A stretch of DNA of 64,000 nucleotides from Macrostomum hystrix (taxonomy: Eukaryota > Animalia > Platyhelminthes), in contig CATNEN010000037.1 in the NCBI GenBank assembly GCA_950097015.1, forward strand, positions 3,286,001 to 3,350,000, read 5' to 3'. How positions within the stretch are numbered: the first letter of the stretch is position 1; the number at the start of each line of letters is the position of its first letter. Of the stretch, positions 9,201 to 24,200 are shown piece by piece. The position numbers were made by a program, and so were the translations under genes. Under the pieces are notes generated by a model. That model ran no database searches, was not told the origin of the DNA, and saw only the letters and a list, made by a program, of their open reading frames with translations.

Positions 9201-12200
9201 TTGAAAACCAATCTTCAATGACCAGTTGAAAACCAATCTTCAATGACCACTAGAAAGCCAATCTTCAATGACCAGTTGAAAACCAATCTTCAATGACCAC
9301 TAGAAAGCCAATCTTCAATGACCAATAGAAAGCCAATCTTCAATGACCAATAGAAAGCCAATCTTCAATGACCAGTTGAAAACCAATCTTCAATGACCAC
9401 TAGAAAGCCAATCTTCAATGACCAATAGAAAGCCAATCTTCAATGACCACTAGAAAGCCAATCTTCAATGACCACTAGAAAACCAATCTTCAATGACCAG
9501 TTGAAAACCAATCTTCAATGACCACTAGAAAGCCAATCTTCAATGACCAATAGAAAGCCAATCTTCAATGACCACTAGAAAGCCAATCTTCAATGACCAA
9601 TAGAAAGCCAATCTTCAATGACCAGTTGAAAACCAATCTTCAATGACCACTAGAAAGCCAATCTTCAATGACCAATAGAAAGCCAATCTTCAATGACCAG
9701 TTGAAAACCAATCTTTAATGACCAATAGAAAGCCAATCTTCAATGACCACTAGAAAGCCAATCTTCAATGACCACTAGAAAGCCAATCTTCAATGACCAA
9801 TAGAAAGCCAATCTTCAATGACCAGTTGAAAACCAATCTTCAATGACCAATAGAAAGCCAATCTTCAATGACCACTAGAAAGCCAATCTTCAATGACCAA
9901 TAGAAAGCCAATCTTCAATGACCACTAGAAAGCCAATCTTCAATGACCAATAGAAAGCCAATCTTCAATGACCAGTTGAAAACCAATCTTCAATGACCAG
10001 TTGAAAACCAATCTTCAATGACCACTAGAAAGCCAATCTTCAATGACCAATAGAAAGCCAATCTTCAATGACCACTAGAAAGCCAATCTTCAATGACCAA
10101 TAGAAAGCCAATCTTCAATGACCAGTTGAAAACCAATCTTCAATGACCACTAGAAAGCCAATCTTCAATGACCAATTGAAAGCCAATCTTCAATGACCAG
10201 TTGAAAACCAATCTTCAATGACCAGTTGAAAACCAATCTTCAATGACCACTAGAAAGCCAATCTTCAATGACCAATAGAAAGCCAATCTTCAATGACCAC
10301 TAGAAAGCCAATCTTCAATGACCAATAGAAAGCCAATCTTCAATGACCAGTTGAAAACCAATCTTCAATGACCAATAGAAAGCCAATCTTCAATGACCAA
10401 TAGAAAGCCAATCTTCAATGACCAGTTGAAAACCAATCTTCAATGACCAGTTGAAAACCAATCTTCAATGACCAGTTGAAAACCAATCTTCAATGACCAA
10501 TAGAAAGCCAATCTTCAATGACCACTAGAAAGCCAATCTTCAATGACCACTAGAAAGCCAATCTTCAATGACCAATAGAAAGCCAATCTTCAATGACCAG
10601 TTGAAAACCAATCTTCAATGACCAATAGAAAGCCAATCTTCAATGACCACTAGAAAGCCAATCTTCAATGACCAATAGAAAGCCAATCTTCAATGACCAG
10701 TTGAAAACCAATCTTCAATGACCAGTTGAAAACCAATCTTCAATGACCACTAGAAAGCCAATCTTCAATGACCAATAGAAAGCCAATCTTCAATGACCAC
10801 TAGAAAGCCAATCTTCAATGACCAATAGAAAGTCAATCTTCAATGACCAATAGAAAGCCAATCTTCAATGACCAGTTGAAAACCAATCTTCAATGACCAA
10901 TAGAAAGCCAATCTTCAATGACCACTAGAAAGCCAATCTTCAATGACCACTAGAAAGCCAATCTTCAATGACCAATAGAAAGCCAATCTTCAATGACCAG
11001 TTGAAAACCAATCTTCAATGACCAATAGAAAGCCAATCTTCAATGACCACTAGAAAGCCAATCTTCAATGACCAATAGAAAGCCAATCTTCAATGACCAA
11101 TAGAAAGCCAATCTTCAATGACCAGTTGAAAACCAATCTTCAATGACCAATAGAAAGCCAATCTTCAATGACCAGTTGAAAACCAATCTTCAATGACCAG
11201 TTGAAAACCAATCTTCAATGACCAATAGAAAGCCAATCTTCAATGACCAATAGAAAGCCAATCTTCAATGACCAGTTGAAAACCAATCTTCAATGACCAC
11301 TAGAAAGCCAATCTTCAATGACCAATAGAAAGCCAATCTTCAATGACCAGTTGAAAACCAATCTTCAATGACCAGTTGAAAACCAATCTTCAATGACCAC
11401 TAGAAAGCCAATCTTCAATGACCACTAGAAAGCCAATCTTCAATGACCACTAGAAAGCCAATCTTCAATGACCACTAGAAAACCAATCTTCAATGACCAG
11501 TTGAAAACCAATCTTCAATGACCACTAGAAAGCCAATCTTCAATGACCAATAGAAAGCCAATCTTCAATGACCACTAGAAAGCCAATCTTCAATGACCAA
11601 TAGAAAGCCAATCTTCAATGACCAGTTGAAAACCAATCTTCAATGACCACTAGAAAGCCAATCTTCAATGACCAATAGAAAGCCAATCTTCAATGACCAG
11701 TTGAAAACCAATCTTCAATGACCAATAGAAAGCCAATCTTCAATGACCACTAGAAAGCCAATCATCAATGACCACTAGAAAGCCAATCTTCAATGACCAA
11801 TAGAAAGCCAATCTTCAATGACCAGTTGAAAACCAATCTTCAATGACCAATAGAAAGCCAATCTTCAATGACCACTAGAAAGCCAATCTTCAATGACCAA
11901 TAGAAAGCCAATCTTCAATGACCACTAGAAAGCCAATCTTCAATGACCAATAGAAAGCCAATCTTCAATGACCAGTTGAAAACCAATCTTCAATGACCAG
12001 TTGAAAACCAATCTTCAATGACCACTAGAAAGCCAATCTTCAATGACCAATAGAAAGCCAATCTTCAATGACCACTAGAAAGCCAATCTTCAATGACCAA
12101 TAGAAAGCCAATCTTCAATGACCAGTTGAAAACCAATCTTCAATGACCACTAGAAAGCCAATCTTCAATGACCACTAGAAAGCCAATCTTCAATGACCAA

Positions 12201-15200
12201 TAGAAAGCCAATCTTCAATGACCAGTTGAAAACCAATCTTCAATGACCAATAGAAAGCCAATCTTCAATGACCACTAGAAAGCCAATCTTCAATGACCAA
12301 TAGAAAGCCAATCTTCAATGACCAGTTGAAAACCAATCTTCAATGACCAGTTGAAAACCAATCTTCAATGACCACTAGAAAGCCAATCTTCAATGACCAA
12401 TAGAAAGCCAATCTTCAATGACCACTAGAAAGCCAATCTTCAATGACCAATAGAAAGCCAATCTTCAATGACCAATAGAAAGCCAATCTTCAATGACCAG
12501 TTGAAAACCAATCTTCAATGACCAATAGAAAGCCAATCTTCAATGACCACTAGAAAGCCAATCTTCAATGACCACTAGAAAGCCAATCTTCAATGACCAA
12601 TAGAAAGCCAATCTTCAATGACCAGTTGAAAACCAATCTTCAATGACCAATAGAAAGCCAATCTTCAATGACCACTAGAAAGCCAATCTTCAATGACCAA
12701 TAGAAAGCCAATCTTCAATGACCAATAGAAAGCCAATCTTCAATGACCAGTTGAAAACCAATCTTCAATGACCAATAGAAAGCCAATCTTCAATGACCAG
12801 TTGAAAACCAATCTTCAATGACCAGTTGAAAACCAATCTTCAATGACCAATAGAAAGCCAATCTTCAATGACCAATAGAAAGCCAATCTTCAATGACCAG
12901 TTGAAAACCAATCTTCAATGACCACTAGAAAGCCAATCTTCAATGACCAATAGAAAGCCAATCTTCAATGACCAGTTGAAAACCAATCTTCAATGACCAG
13001 TTGAAAACCAATCTTCAATGACCACTAGAAAGCCAATCTTCAATGACCAGTTGAAAACCAATCTTCAATGACCACTAGAAAGCCAATCTTCAATGACCAA
13101 TAGAAAGCCAATCTTCAATGACCAATAGAAAGCCAATCTTCAATGACCAGTTGAAAACCAATCTTCAATGACCACTAGAAAGCCAATCTTCAATGACCAA
13201 TAGAAAGCCAATCTTCAATGACCACTAGAAAGCCAATCTTCAATGACCACTAGAAAACCAATCTTCAATGACCAGTTGAAAACCAATCTTCAATGACCAC
13301 TAGAAAGCCAATCTTCAATGACCAATAGAAAGCCAATCTTCAATGACCACTAGAAAGCCAATCTTCAATGACCAATAGAAAGCCAATCTTCAATGACCAG
13401 TTGAAAACCAATCTTCAATGACCACTAGAAAGCCAATCTTCAATGACCAATAGAAAGCCAATCTTCAATGACCAGTTGAAAAACAATCTTCAATGACCAG
13501 TTGAAAACCAATCTTCAATGACCACTAGAAAGCCAATCTTCAATGACCAAAAGAAAGCCAATCTTCAATGACCACTAGAAAGCCAATCTTCAATGACCAC
13601 TAGAAAGCCAATCTTCAATGACCAGTTGAAAACCAATCTTCAATGACCAATAGAAAGCCAATCTTCAATGACCAATAGAAAGCCAATCTTCAATGACCAG
13701 TTGAAAACCAATCTTCAATGACCAATAGAAAGCCAATCTTCAATGACCAATAGAAAGCCAATCTTCAATGACCAGTTGAAAACCAATCTTCAATGACCAG
13801 TTGAAAACCAATCTTCAATGACCACTAGAAAGCCAATCTTCAATGACCAGTTGAAAACCAATCTTCAATGACCACTAGAAAGCCAATCTTCAATGACCAA
13901 TAGAAAGCCAATCTTCAATGACCACTAGAAAACCAATCTTCAATGACCAGTTGAAAACCAATCTTCAATGACCACTAGAAAGCCAATCTTCAATGACCAA
14001 TAGAAAGCCAATCTTCAATGACCACTAGAAAGCCAATCTTCAATGACCACTAGAAAACCAATCTTCAATGACCAGTTGAAAACCAATCTTCAATGACCAC
14101 TAGAAAGCCAATCTTCAATGACCAATAGAAAGCCAATCTTCAATGACCACTAGAAAGCCAATCTTCAATGACCAATAGAAAGCCAATCTTCAATGACCAG
14201 TTGAAAACCAATCTTCAATGACCACTAGAAAGCCAATCTTCAATGACCAATAGAAAGCCAATCTTCAATGACCAGTTGAAAACCAATCTTCAATGACCAG
14301 TTGAAAACCAATCTTCAATGACCACTAGAAAGCCAATCTTCAATGACCACTAGAAAGCCAATCTTCAATGACCAATAGAAAGCCAATCTTCAATGACCAG
14401 TTGAAAACCAATCTTCAATGACCAATAGAAAGCCAATCTTCAATGACCACTAGAAAGCCAATCTTCAATGACCAATAGAAAGCCAATCTTCAATGACCAC
14501 TAGAAAGCCAATCTTCAATGACCACTAGAAAGCCAATCTTCAATGACCAGTTGAAAAACCAATCTTCAATGACCAGTTGAAAACCAATCTTCAATGACCA
14601 CTAGAAAGCCAATCTTCAATGACCAATAGAAAGCCAATCTTCAATGACCACTAGAAAGCCAATCTTCAATGACCAATAGAAAGCCAATCTTCAATGACCA
14701 GTTGAAAACCAATCTTCAATGACCACTAGAAAGCCAATCTTCAATGACCAATAGAAAGCCAATCTTCAATGACCAGTTGAAAACCAATCTTCAATGACCA
14801 GTTGAAAACCAATCTTCAATGACCACTAGAAAGCCAATCTTCAATGACCAATAGAAAGCCAATCTTCAATGACCACTAGAAAGCCAATCTTCAATGACCA
14901 ATAGAAAGCCAATCTTCAATGACCAGTTGAAAACCAATCTTCAATGACCAATAGAAAGCCAATCTTCAATGACCAATAGAAAGCCAATCTTCAATGACCA
15001 GTTGAAAACCAATCTTCAATGACCAGTTGAAAACCAATCTTCAATGACCAGTTGAAAACCAATCTTCAATGACCAATAGAAAGCCAATCTTCAATGACCA
15101 CTAGAAAGCCAATCTTCAATGACCACTAGAAAGCCAATCTTCAATGACCAATAGAAAGCCAATCTTCAATGACCAGTTGAAAACCAATCTTCAATGACCA

Positions 15201-18200
15201 ATAGAAAGCCAATCTTCAATGACCACTAGAAAGCCAGACTTCAATGACCAATAGAAAGCCAATCTTCAATGACCACTAGAAAGCCAATCTTCAATGACCA
15301 ATAGAAAGCCAATCTTCAATGACCAGTTGAAAACCAATCTTCAATGACCAGTTGAAAACCAATCTTCAATGACCACTAGAAAGCCAATCTTCAATGACCA
15401 ATAGAAAGCCAATCTTCAATGACCACTAGAAAGCCAATCTTCAATGACCAATAGAAAGCCAATCTTCAATGACCAGTTGAAAACCAATCTTCAATGACCA
15501 CTAGAAAGCCAATCTTCAATGACCAATAGAAAGCCAATCTTCAATGACCAGTTGAAAACCAATCTTCAATGACCAGTTGAAAACCAATCTTCAATGACCA
15601 CTAGAAAGCCAATCTTCAATGACCAATAGAAAGCCAATCTTCAATGACCACTAGAAAGCCAATCTTCAATGACCAATAGAAAGCCAATCTTCAATGACCA
15701 GTTGAAAACCAATCTTCAATGACCACTAGAAAGCCAATCTTCAATGACCAATAGAAAGCCAATCTTCAATGACCAGTTCAAAGCCAATCTTCAATGACCA
15801 GTTGAAAACCAATCTTCAATGACCACTAGAAAGCCAATCTTCAATGACCAATAGAAAGCCAATCTTCAATGACCACTAGAAAGCCAATCTTCAATGACCA
15901 ATAGAAAGCCAATCTTCAATGACCAGTTGAAAACCAATCTTCAATGACCAATAGAAAGCCAATCTTCAATGACCAATAGAAAGCCAATCTTCAATGACCA
16001 GTTGAAAACCAATCTTCAATGACCAATAGAAAGCCAATCTTCAATGACCAGTTGAAAACCAATCTTCAATGACCAATAGAAAGCCAATCTTCAATGACCA
16101 CTAGAAAGCCAATCTTCAATGACCACTAGAAAGCCAATCTTCAATGACCAATAGAAAGCCAATCTTCAATGACCAGTTGAAAACCAATCTTCAATGACCA
16201 ATAGAAAGCCAATCTTCAATGACCACTAGAAAGCCAATCTTCAATGACCAATAGAAAGCCAATCTTCAATGACCACTAGAAAGCCAATCTTCAATGACCA
16301 ATAGAAAGCCAATCTTCAATGACCAGTTGAAAACCAATCTTCAATGACCAGTTGAAAACCAATCTTCAATGACCACTAGAAAGCCAATCTTCAATGACCA
16401 ATAGAAAGCCAATCTTCAATGACCACTAGAAAGCCAATCTTCAATGACCAATAGAAAGCCAATCTTCAATGACCAGTTGAAAACCAATCTTCAATGACCA
16501 CTAGAAAGCCAATCTTCAATGACCAATAGAAAGCCAATCTTCAATGACCAGTTGAAAACCAATCTTCAATGACCAGTTGAAAACCAATCTTCAATGACCA
16601 CTAGAAAGCCAATCTTCAATGACCAATAGAAAGCCAATCTTCAATGACCACTAGAAAGCCAATCTTCAATGACCAATAGAAAGCCAATCTTCAATGACCA
16701 GTTGAAAACCAATCTTCAATGACCAATAGAAAGCCAATCTTCAATGACCAATAAAAAGCCAATCTTCAATGACCAGTTGAAAACCAATCTTCAATGACCA
16801 GTTGAAAACCAATCTTCAATGACCAGTTGAAAACCAATCTTCAATGACCAGTTGAAAACCAATCTTCAATGACCAGTTGAAAACCAATCTTCAATGACCA
16901 CTAGAAAGCCAATCTTCAATGACCAATAGAAAGCCAATCTTCAATGACCACTAGAAAGCCAATCTTCAATGACCAATAGAAAGCCAATCTTCAATGACCA
17001 GTTGAAAACCAATCTTCAATGACCAATAGAAAGCCAATCTTCAATGACCAATAGAAAGCCAATCTTCAATGACCAGTTGAAAACCAATCTTCAATGACCA
17101 GTTGAAAACCAATCTTCAATGACCAGTTGAAAACCAATCTTCAATGACCAGTTGAAAACCAATCTTCAATGACCACTAGAAAGCCAATCTTCAATGACCA
17201 ATAGAAAGCCAATCTTCAATGACCAATAGAAAGCCAATCTTCAATGACCAGTTGAAAACCAATCTTCAATGACCACTAGAAAGCCAATCTTCAATGACCA
17301 ATAGAAAGCCAATCTTCAATGACCACTAGAAAGCCAATCTTCAATGACCACTAGAAAACCAATCTTCAATGACCAGTTGAAAACCAATCTTCAATGACCA
17401 CTAGAAAGCCAATCTTCAATGACCAATAGAAAGCCAATCTTCAATGACCACTAGAAAGCCAATCTTCAATGACCAATAGAAAGCCAATCTTCAATGACCA
17501 GTTGAAAACCAATCTTCAATGACCAATAGAAAGCCAATCTTCAATGACCAATAGAAAGCCAATCTTCAATGACCAGTTAAAAACCAATCTTCAATGACCA
17601 ATAGAAAGCCAATCTTCAATGACCACTAGAAAGCCAATCTTCAATGACCACTAGAAAGCCAATCTTCAATGACCAATAGAAAGCCAATCTTCAATGACCA
17701 GTTGAAAACCAATCTTCAATGACCAATAGAAAGCCAATCTTCAATGACCACTAGAAAGCCAATCTTCAATGACCACTAGAAAGCCAATCTTCAATGACCA
17801 ATAGAAAGCCAATCTTCAATGACCAGTTGAAAACCAATCTTCAATGACCAATAGAAAGCCAATCTTCAATGACCACTAGAAAGCCAATCTTCAATGACCA
17901 ATAGAAAGCCAATCTTCAATGACCACTAGAAAGCCAATCTTCAATGACCAATAGAAAGCCAATCTTCAATGACCAGTTGAAAACCAATCTTCAATGACCA
18001 GTTGAAAACCAATCTTCAATGACCACTAGAAAGCCAATCTTCAATGACCAATAGAAAGCCAATCTTCAATGACCACTAGAAAGCCAATCTTCAATGACCA
18101 ATAGAAAGCCAATCTTCAATGACCAGTTGAAAACCAATCTTCAATGACCACTAGAAAGCCAATCTTCAATGACCAATAGAAAGCCAATCTTCAATGACCA

Positions 18201-21200
18201 GTTGAAAACCAATCTTCAATGACCAGTTGAAAACCAATCTTCAATGACCACTAGAAAGCCAATCTTCAATGACCAATAGAAAGCCAATCTTCAATGACCA
18301 CTAGAAAGCCAATCTTCAATGACCAATAGAAAGCCAATCTTCAATGACCAGTTGAAAACCAATCTTCAATGACCAATAGAAAGCCAATCTTCAATGACCA
18401 ATAAAAAGCCAATCTTCAATGACCAGTTGAAAACCAATCTTCAATGACCAGTTGAAAACCAATCTTCAATGACCAGTTGAAAACCAATCTTCAATGACCA
18501 GTTGAAAACCAATCTTCAATGACCAGTTGAAAACCAATCTTCAATGACCACTAGAAAGCCAATCTTCAATGACCAATAGAAAGCCAATCTTCAATGACCA
18601 CTAGAAAGCCAATCTTCAATGACCAATAGAAAGCCAATCTTCAATGACCAGTTGAAAACCAATCTTCAATGACCAATAGAAAGCCAATCTTCAATGACCA
18701 ATAGAAAGCCAATCTTCAATGACCAGTTGAAAACCAATCTTCAATGACCAGTTGAAAACCAATCTTCAATGACCAGTTGAAAACCAATCTTCAATGACCA
18801 GTTGAAAACCAATCTTCAATGACCACTAGAAAGCCAATCTTCAATGACCAATAGAAAGCCAATCTTCAATGACCAATAGAAAGCCAATCTTCAATGACCA
18901 GTTGAAAACCAATCTTCAATGACCACTAGAAAGCCAATCTTCAATGACCAATAGAAAGCCAATCTTCAATGACCACTAGAAAGCCAATCTTCAATGACCA
19001 CTAGAAAAACCAATCTCAATGACCAGTTGAAAACCAATCTTCAATGACCACTAGAAAGCCAATCTTCAATGACCAATAGAAAGCCAATCTTCAATGACCA
19101 CTAGAAAGCCAATCTTCAATGACCAATAGAAAGCCAATCTTCAATGACCAGTTGAAAACCAATCTTCAATGACCAATAGAAAGCCAATCTTCAATGACCA
19201 CTAGAAAGCCAATCTTCAATGACCAGTTAAAAACCAATCTTCAATGACCAATAGAAAGCCAATCTTCAATGACCACTAGAAAGCCAATCTTCAATGACCA
19301 CTAGAAAGCCAATCTTCAATGACCAATAGAAAGCCAATCTTCAATGACCAGTTGAAAACCAATCTTCAATGACCAATAGAAAGCCAATCTTCAATGACCA
19401 CTAGAAAGCCAATCTTCAATGACCAATAGAAAGCCAATCTTCAATGACCACTAGAAAGCCAATCTTCAATGACCAATAGAAAGCCAATCTTCAATGACCA
19501 GTTGAAAACCAATCTTCAATGACCAGTTGAAAACCAATCTTCAATGACCACTAGAAAGCCAATCTTCAATGACCAAAAGAAAGCCAATCTTCAATGACCA
19601 CTAGAAAGCCAATCTTCAATGACCAATAGAAAGCCAATCTTCAATGACCAATAGAAAGCCAATCTTCAATGACCAGTTGAAAACCAATCTTCAATGACCA
19701 ATAGAAAGCCAATCCTCAATGACCACTAGAAAGCCAATCTTCAATGACCACTAGAAAGCCAATCTTCAATGACCAATAGAAAGCCAATCTTCAATGACCA
19801 GTTGAAAACCAATCTTCAATGACCAATAGAAAGCCAATCTTCAATGACCACTAGAAAGCCAATCTTCAATGACCAATAGAAAGCCAATCTTCAATGACCA
19901 ATAGAAAGCCAATCTTCAATGACCAGTTGAAAACCAATCTTCAATGACCAATAGAAAGCCAATCTTCAATGACCAGTTGAAAACCAATCTTCAATGACCA
20001 GTTGAAAACCAATCTTCAATGACCAATAGAAAGCCAATCTTCAATGACCAATAGAAAGCCAATCTTCAATGACCAGTTGAAAACCAATCTTCAATGACCA
20101 CTAGAAAGCCAATCTTCAATGACCAATAGAAAGCCAATCTTCAATGACCAGTTGAAAACCAATCTTCAATGACCAGTTGAAAACCAATCTTCAATGACCA
20201 CTAGAAAGCCAATCTTCAATGACCAGTTGAAAACCAATCTTCAATGACCACTAGAAAGCCAATCTTCAATGACCAATAGAAAGCCAATCTTCAATGACCA
20301 ATAGAAAGCCAATCTTCAATGACCAGTTGAAAACCAATCTTCAATGACCACTAGAAAGCCAATCTTCAATGACCAATAGAAAGCCAATCTTCAATGACCA
20401 CTAGAAAGCCAATCTTCAATGACCACTAGAAAACCAATCTTCAATGACCAGTTGAAAACCAATCTTCAATGACCACTAGAAAGCCAATCTTCAATGACCA
20501 ATAGAAAGCCAATCTTCAATGACCACTAGAAAGCCAATCTTCAATGACCAATAGAAAGCCAATCTTCAATGACCAGTTGAAAACCAATCTTCAATGACCA
20601 CTAGAAAGCCAATCTTCAATGACCAATAGAAAGCCAATCTTCAATGACCAGTTGAAAAACAATCTTCAATGACCAGTTGAAAACCAATCTTCAATGACCA
20701 CTAGAAAGCCAATCTTCAATGACCAAAAGAAAGCCAATCTTCAATGACCACTAGAAAGCCAATCTTCAATGACCACTAGAAAGCCAATCTTCAATGACCA
20801 GTTGAAAACCAATCTTCAATGACCAATAGAAAGCCAATCTTCAATGACCAATAGAAAGCCAATCTTCAATGACCAGTTGAAAACCAATCTTCAATGACCA
20901 ATAGAAAGCCAATCTTCAATGACCAATAGAAAGCCAATCTTCAATGACCAGTTGAAAACCAATCTTCAATGACCAGTGTAAAACCAATCTTCAATGACCA
21001 CTAGAAAGCCAATCTTCAATGACCAGTTGAAAACCAATCTTCAATGACCACTAGAAAGCCAATCTTCAATGACCAATAGAAAGCCAATCTTCAATGACCA
21101 GTTGAAAACCAATCTTCAATGACCACTAGAAAGCCAATCTTCAATGACCAATAGAAAGCCAATCTTCAATGACCACTAGAAAGCCAATCTTCAATGACCA

Positions 21201-24200
21201 CTAGAAAACCAATCTTCAATGACCAGTTGAAAACCAATCTTCAATGACCACTAGAAAGCCAATCTTCAATGACCAATAGAAAGCCAATCTTCAATGACCA
21301 CTAGAAAGCCAATCTTCAATGACCAATAGAAAGCCAATCTTCAATGACCAGTTGAAAACCAATCTTCAATGACCACTAGAAAGCCAATCTTCAATGACCA
21401 ATAGAAAGCCAATCTTCAATGACCAGTTGAAAACCAATCTTCAATGACCAATAGAAAGCCAATCTTCAATGACCAATAGAAAGCCAATCTTCAATGACCA
21501 AAAGAAAGCCAATCTTCAATGACCACTAGAAAGCCAATCTTCAATGACCACTAGAAAGCCAATCTTCAATGACCAGTTGAAAAACAATCTTCAATGACCA
21601 GTTGAAAACCAATCTTCAATGACCACTAGAAAGCCAATCTTCAATGACCAAAAGAAAGCCAATCTTCAATGACCACTAGAAAGCCAATCTTCAATGACCA
21701 CTAGAAAGCCAATCTTCAATGACCAGTTGAAAACCAATCTTCAATGACCAATAGAAAGCCAATCTTCAATGACCAATAGAAAGCCAATCTTCAATGACCA
21801 GTTGAAAACCAATCTTCAATGACCAGTTGAAAACCAATCTTCAATGACCACTAGAAAGCCAATCTTCAATGACCAGTTGAAAACCAATCTTCAATGACCA
21901 CTAGAAAGCCAATCTTCAATGACCAATAGAAAGCCAATCTTCAATGACCAATAGAAAGCCAATCTTCAATGACCAGTTGAAAACCAATCTTCAATGACCA
22001 CTAGAAAGCCAATCTTCAATGACCAATAGAAAGCCAATCTTCAATGACCACTAGAAAGCCAATCTTCAATGACCACTAGAAAACCAATCTTCAATGACCA
22101 GTTGAAAACCAATCTTCAATGACCACTAGAAAGCCAATCTTCAATGACCAATAGAAAGCCAATCTTCAATGACCACTAGAAAGCCAATCTTCAATGACCA
22201 ATAGAAAGCCAATCTTCAATGACCAGTTGAAAACCAATCTTCAATGACCACTAGAAAGCCAATCTTCAATGACCAAAAGAAAGCCAATCTTCAATGACCA
22301 GTTGAAAACCAATCTTTAATGACCAATAGAAAGCCAATCTTCAATGACCACTAGAAAGCCAATCTTCAATGACCACTAGAAAGCCAATCTTCAATGACCA
22401 ATAGAAAGCCAATCTTCAATGACCAGTTGAAAACCAATCTTCAATGACCAATAGAAAGCCAATCTTCAATGACCACTAGAAAGCCAATCTTCAATGACCA
22501 ATAGAAAGCCAATCTTCAATGACCACTAGAAAGCCAATCTTCAATGACCAATAGAAAGCCAATCTTCAATGACCAGTTGAAAACCAATCTTCAATGACCA
22601 GTTGAAAACCAATCTTCAATGACCACTAGAAAGCCAATCTTCAATGACCAATAGAAAGCCAATCTTCAATGACCACTAGAAAGCCAATCTTCAATGACCA
22701 ATAGAAAGCCAATCTTCAATGACCAGTTGAAAACCAATCTTCAATGACCACTAGAAAGCCAATCTTCAATGACCAATAGAAAGCCAATCTTCAATGACCA
22801 GTTGAAAACCAATCTTCAATGACCAGTTGAAAACCAATCTTCAATGACCACTAGAAAGCCAATCTTCAATGACCAATAGAAAGCCAATCTTCAATGACCA
22901 CTAGAAAGCCAATCTTCAATGACCAATAGAAAGCCAATCTTCAATGACCAGTTGAAAACCAATCTTCAATGACCAATAGAAAGCCAATCTTCAATGACCA
23001 ATAGAAAGCCAATCTTCAATGACCAGTTGAAAACCAATCTTCAATGACCAGTTGAAAACCAATCTTCAATGACCAGTTGAAAACCAATCTTCAATGACCA
23101 ATAGAAAGCCAATCTTCAATGACCACTAGAAAGCCAATCTTCAATGACCAATAGAAAGCCAATCTTCAATGACCAATAGAAAGCCAATCTTCAATGACCA
23201 GTTGAAAACCAATCTTCAATGACCAATAGAAAGCCAATCTTCAATGACCACTAGAAAGCCAATCTTCAATGACCAATAGAAAGCCAATCTTCAATGACCA
23301 GTTGAAAACCAATCTTCAATGACCAGTTGAAAACCAATCTTCAATGACCACTAGAAAGCCAATCTTCAATGACCAATAGAAAGCCAATCTTCAATGACCA
23401 CTAGAAAGCCAATCTTCAATGACCAATAGAAAGTCAATCTTCAATGACCAATAGAAAGCCAATCTTCAATGACCAGTTGAAAACCAATCTTCAATGACCA
23501 ATAGAAAGCCAATCTTCAATAACCACTAGAAAGCCAATCTTCAATGACCACTAGAAAGCCAATCTTCAATGACCAATAGAAAGCCAATCTTCAATGACCA
23601 GTTGAAAACCAATCTTCAATGACCAATAGAAAGCCAATCTTCAATGACCACTAGAAAGCCAATCTTCAATGACCAATAGAAAGCCAATCTTCAATGACCA
23701 ATAGAAAGCCAATCTTCAATGACCAGTTGAAAACCAATCTTCAATGACCAATAGAAAGCCAATCTTCAATGACCAGTTGAAAACCAATCTTCAATGACCA
23801 GTTGAAAACCAATCTTCAATGACCACTAGAAAGCCAATCTTCAATGACCACTAGAAAGCCAATCTTCAATGACCACTAGAAAGCCAATCTTCAATGACCA
23901 CTAGAAAAACCAATCTTCAATGACCAGTTGAAAACCAATCTTCAATGACCACTAGAAAGCCAATCTTCAATGACCAATAGAAAGCCAATCTTCAATGACC
24001 ACTAGAAAGCCAATCTTCAATGACCAATAGAAAGCCAATCTTCAATGACCAGTTGAAAACCAATCTTCAATGACCACTAGAAAGCCAATCTTCAATGACC
24101 AGTTGAAAACCAATCTTCAATGACCAGTTGAAAACCAATCTTCAATGACCAATAGAAAGCCAATCTTCAATGACCACTAGAAAGCCAATCATCAATGACC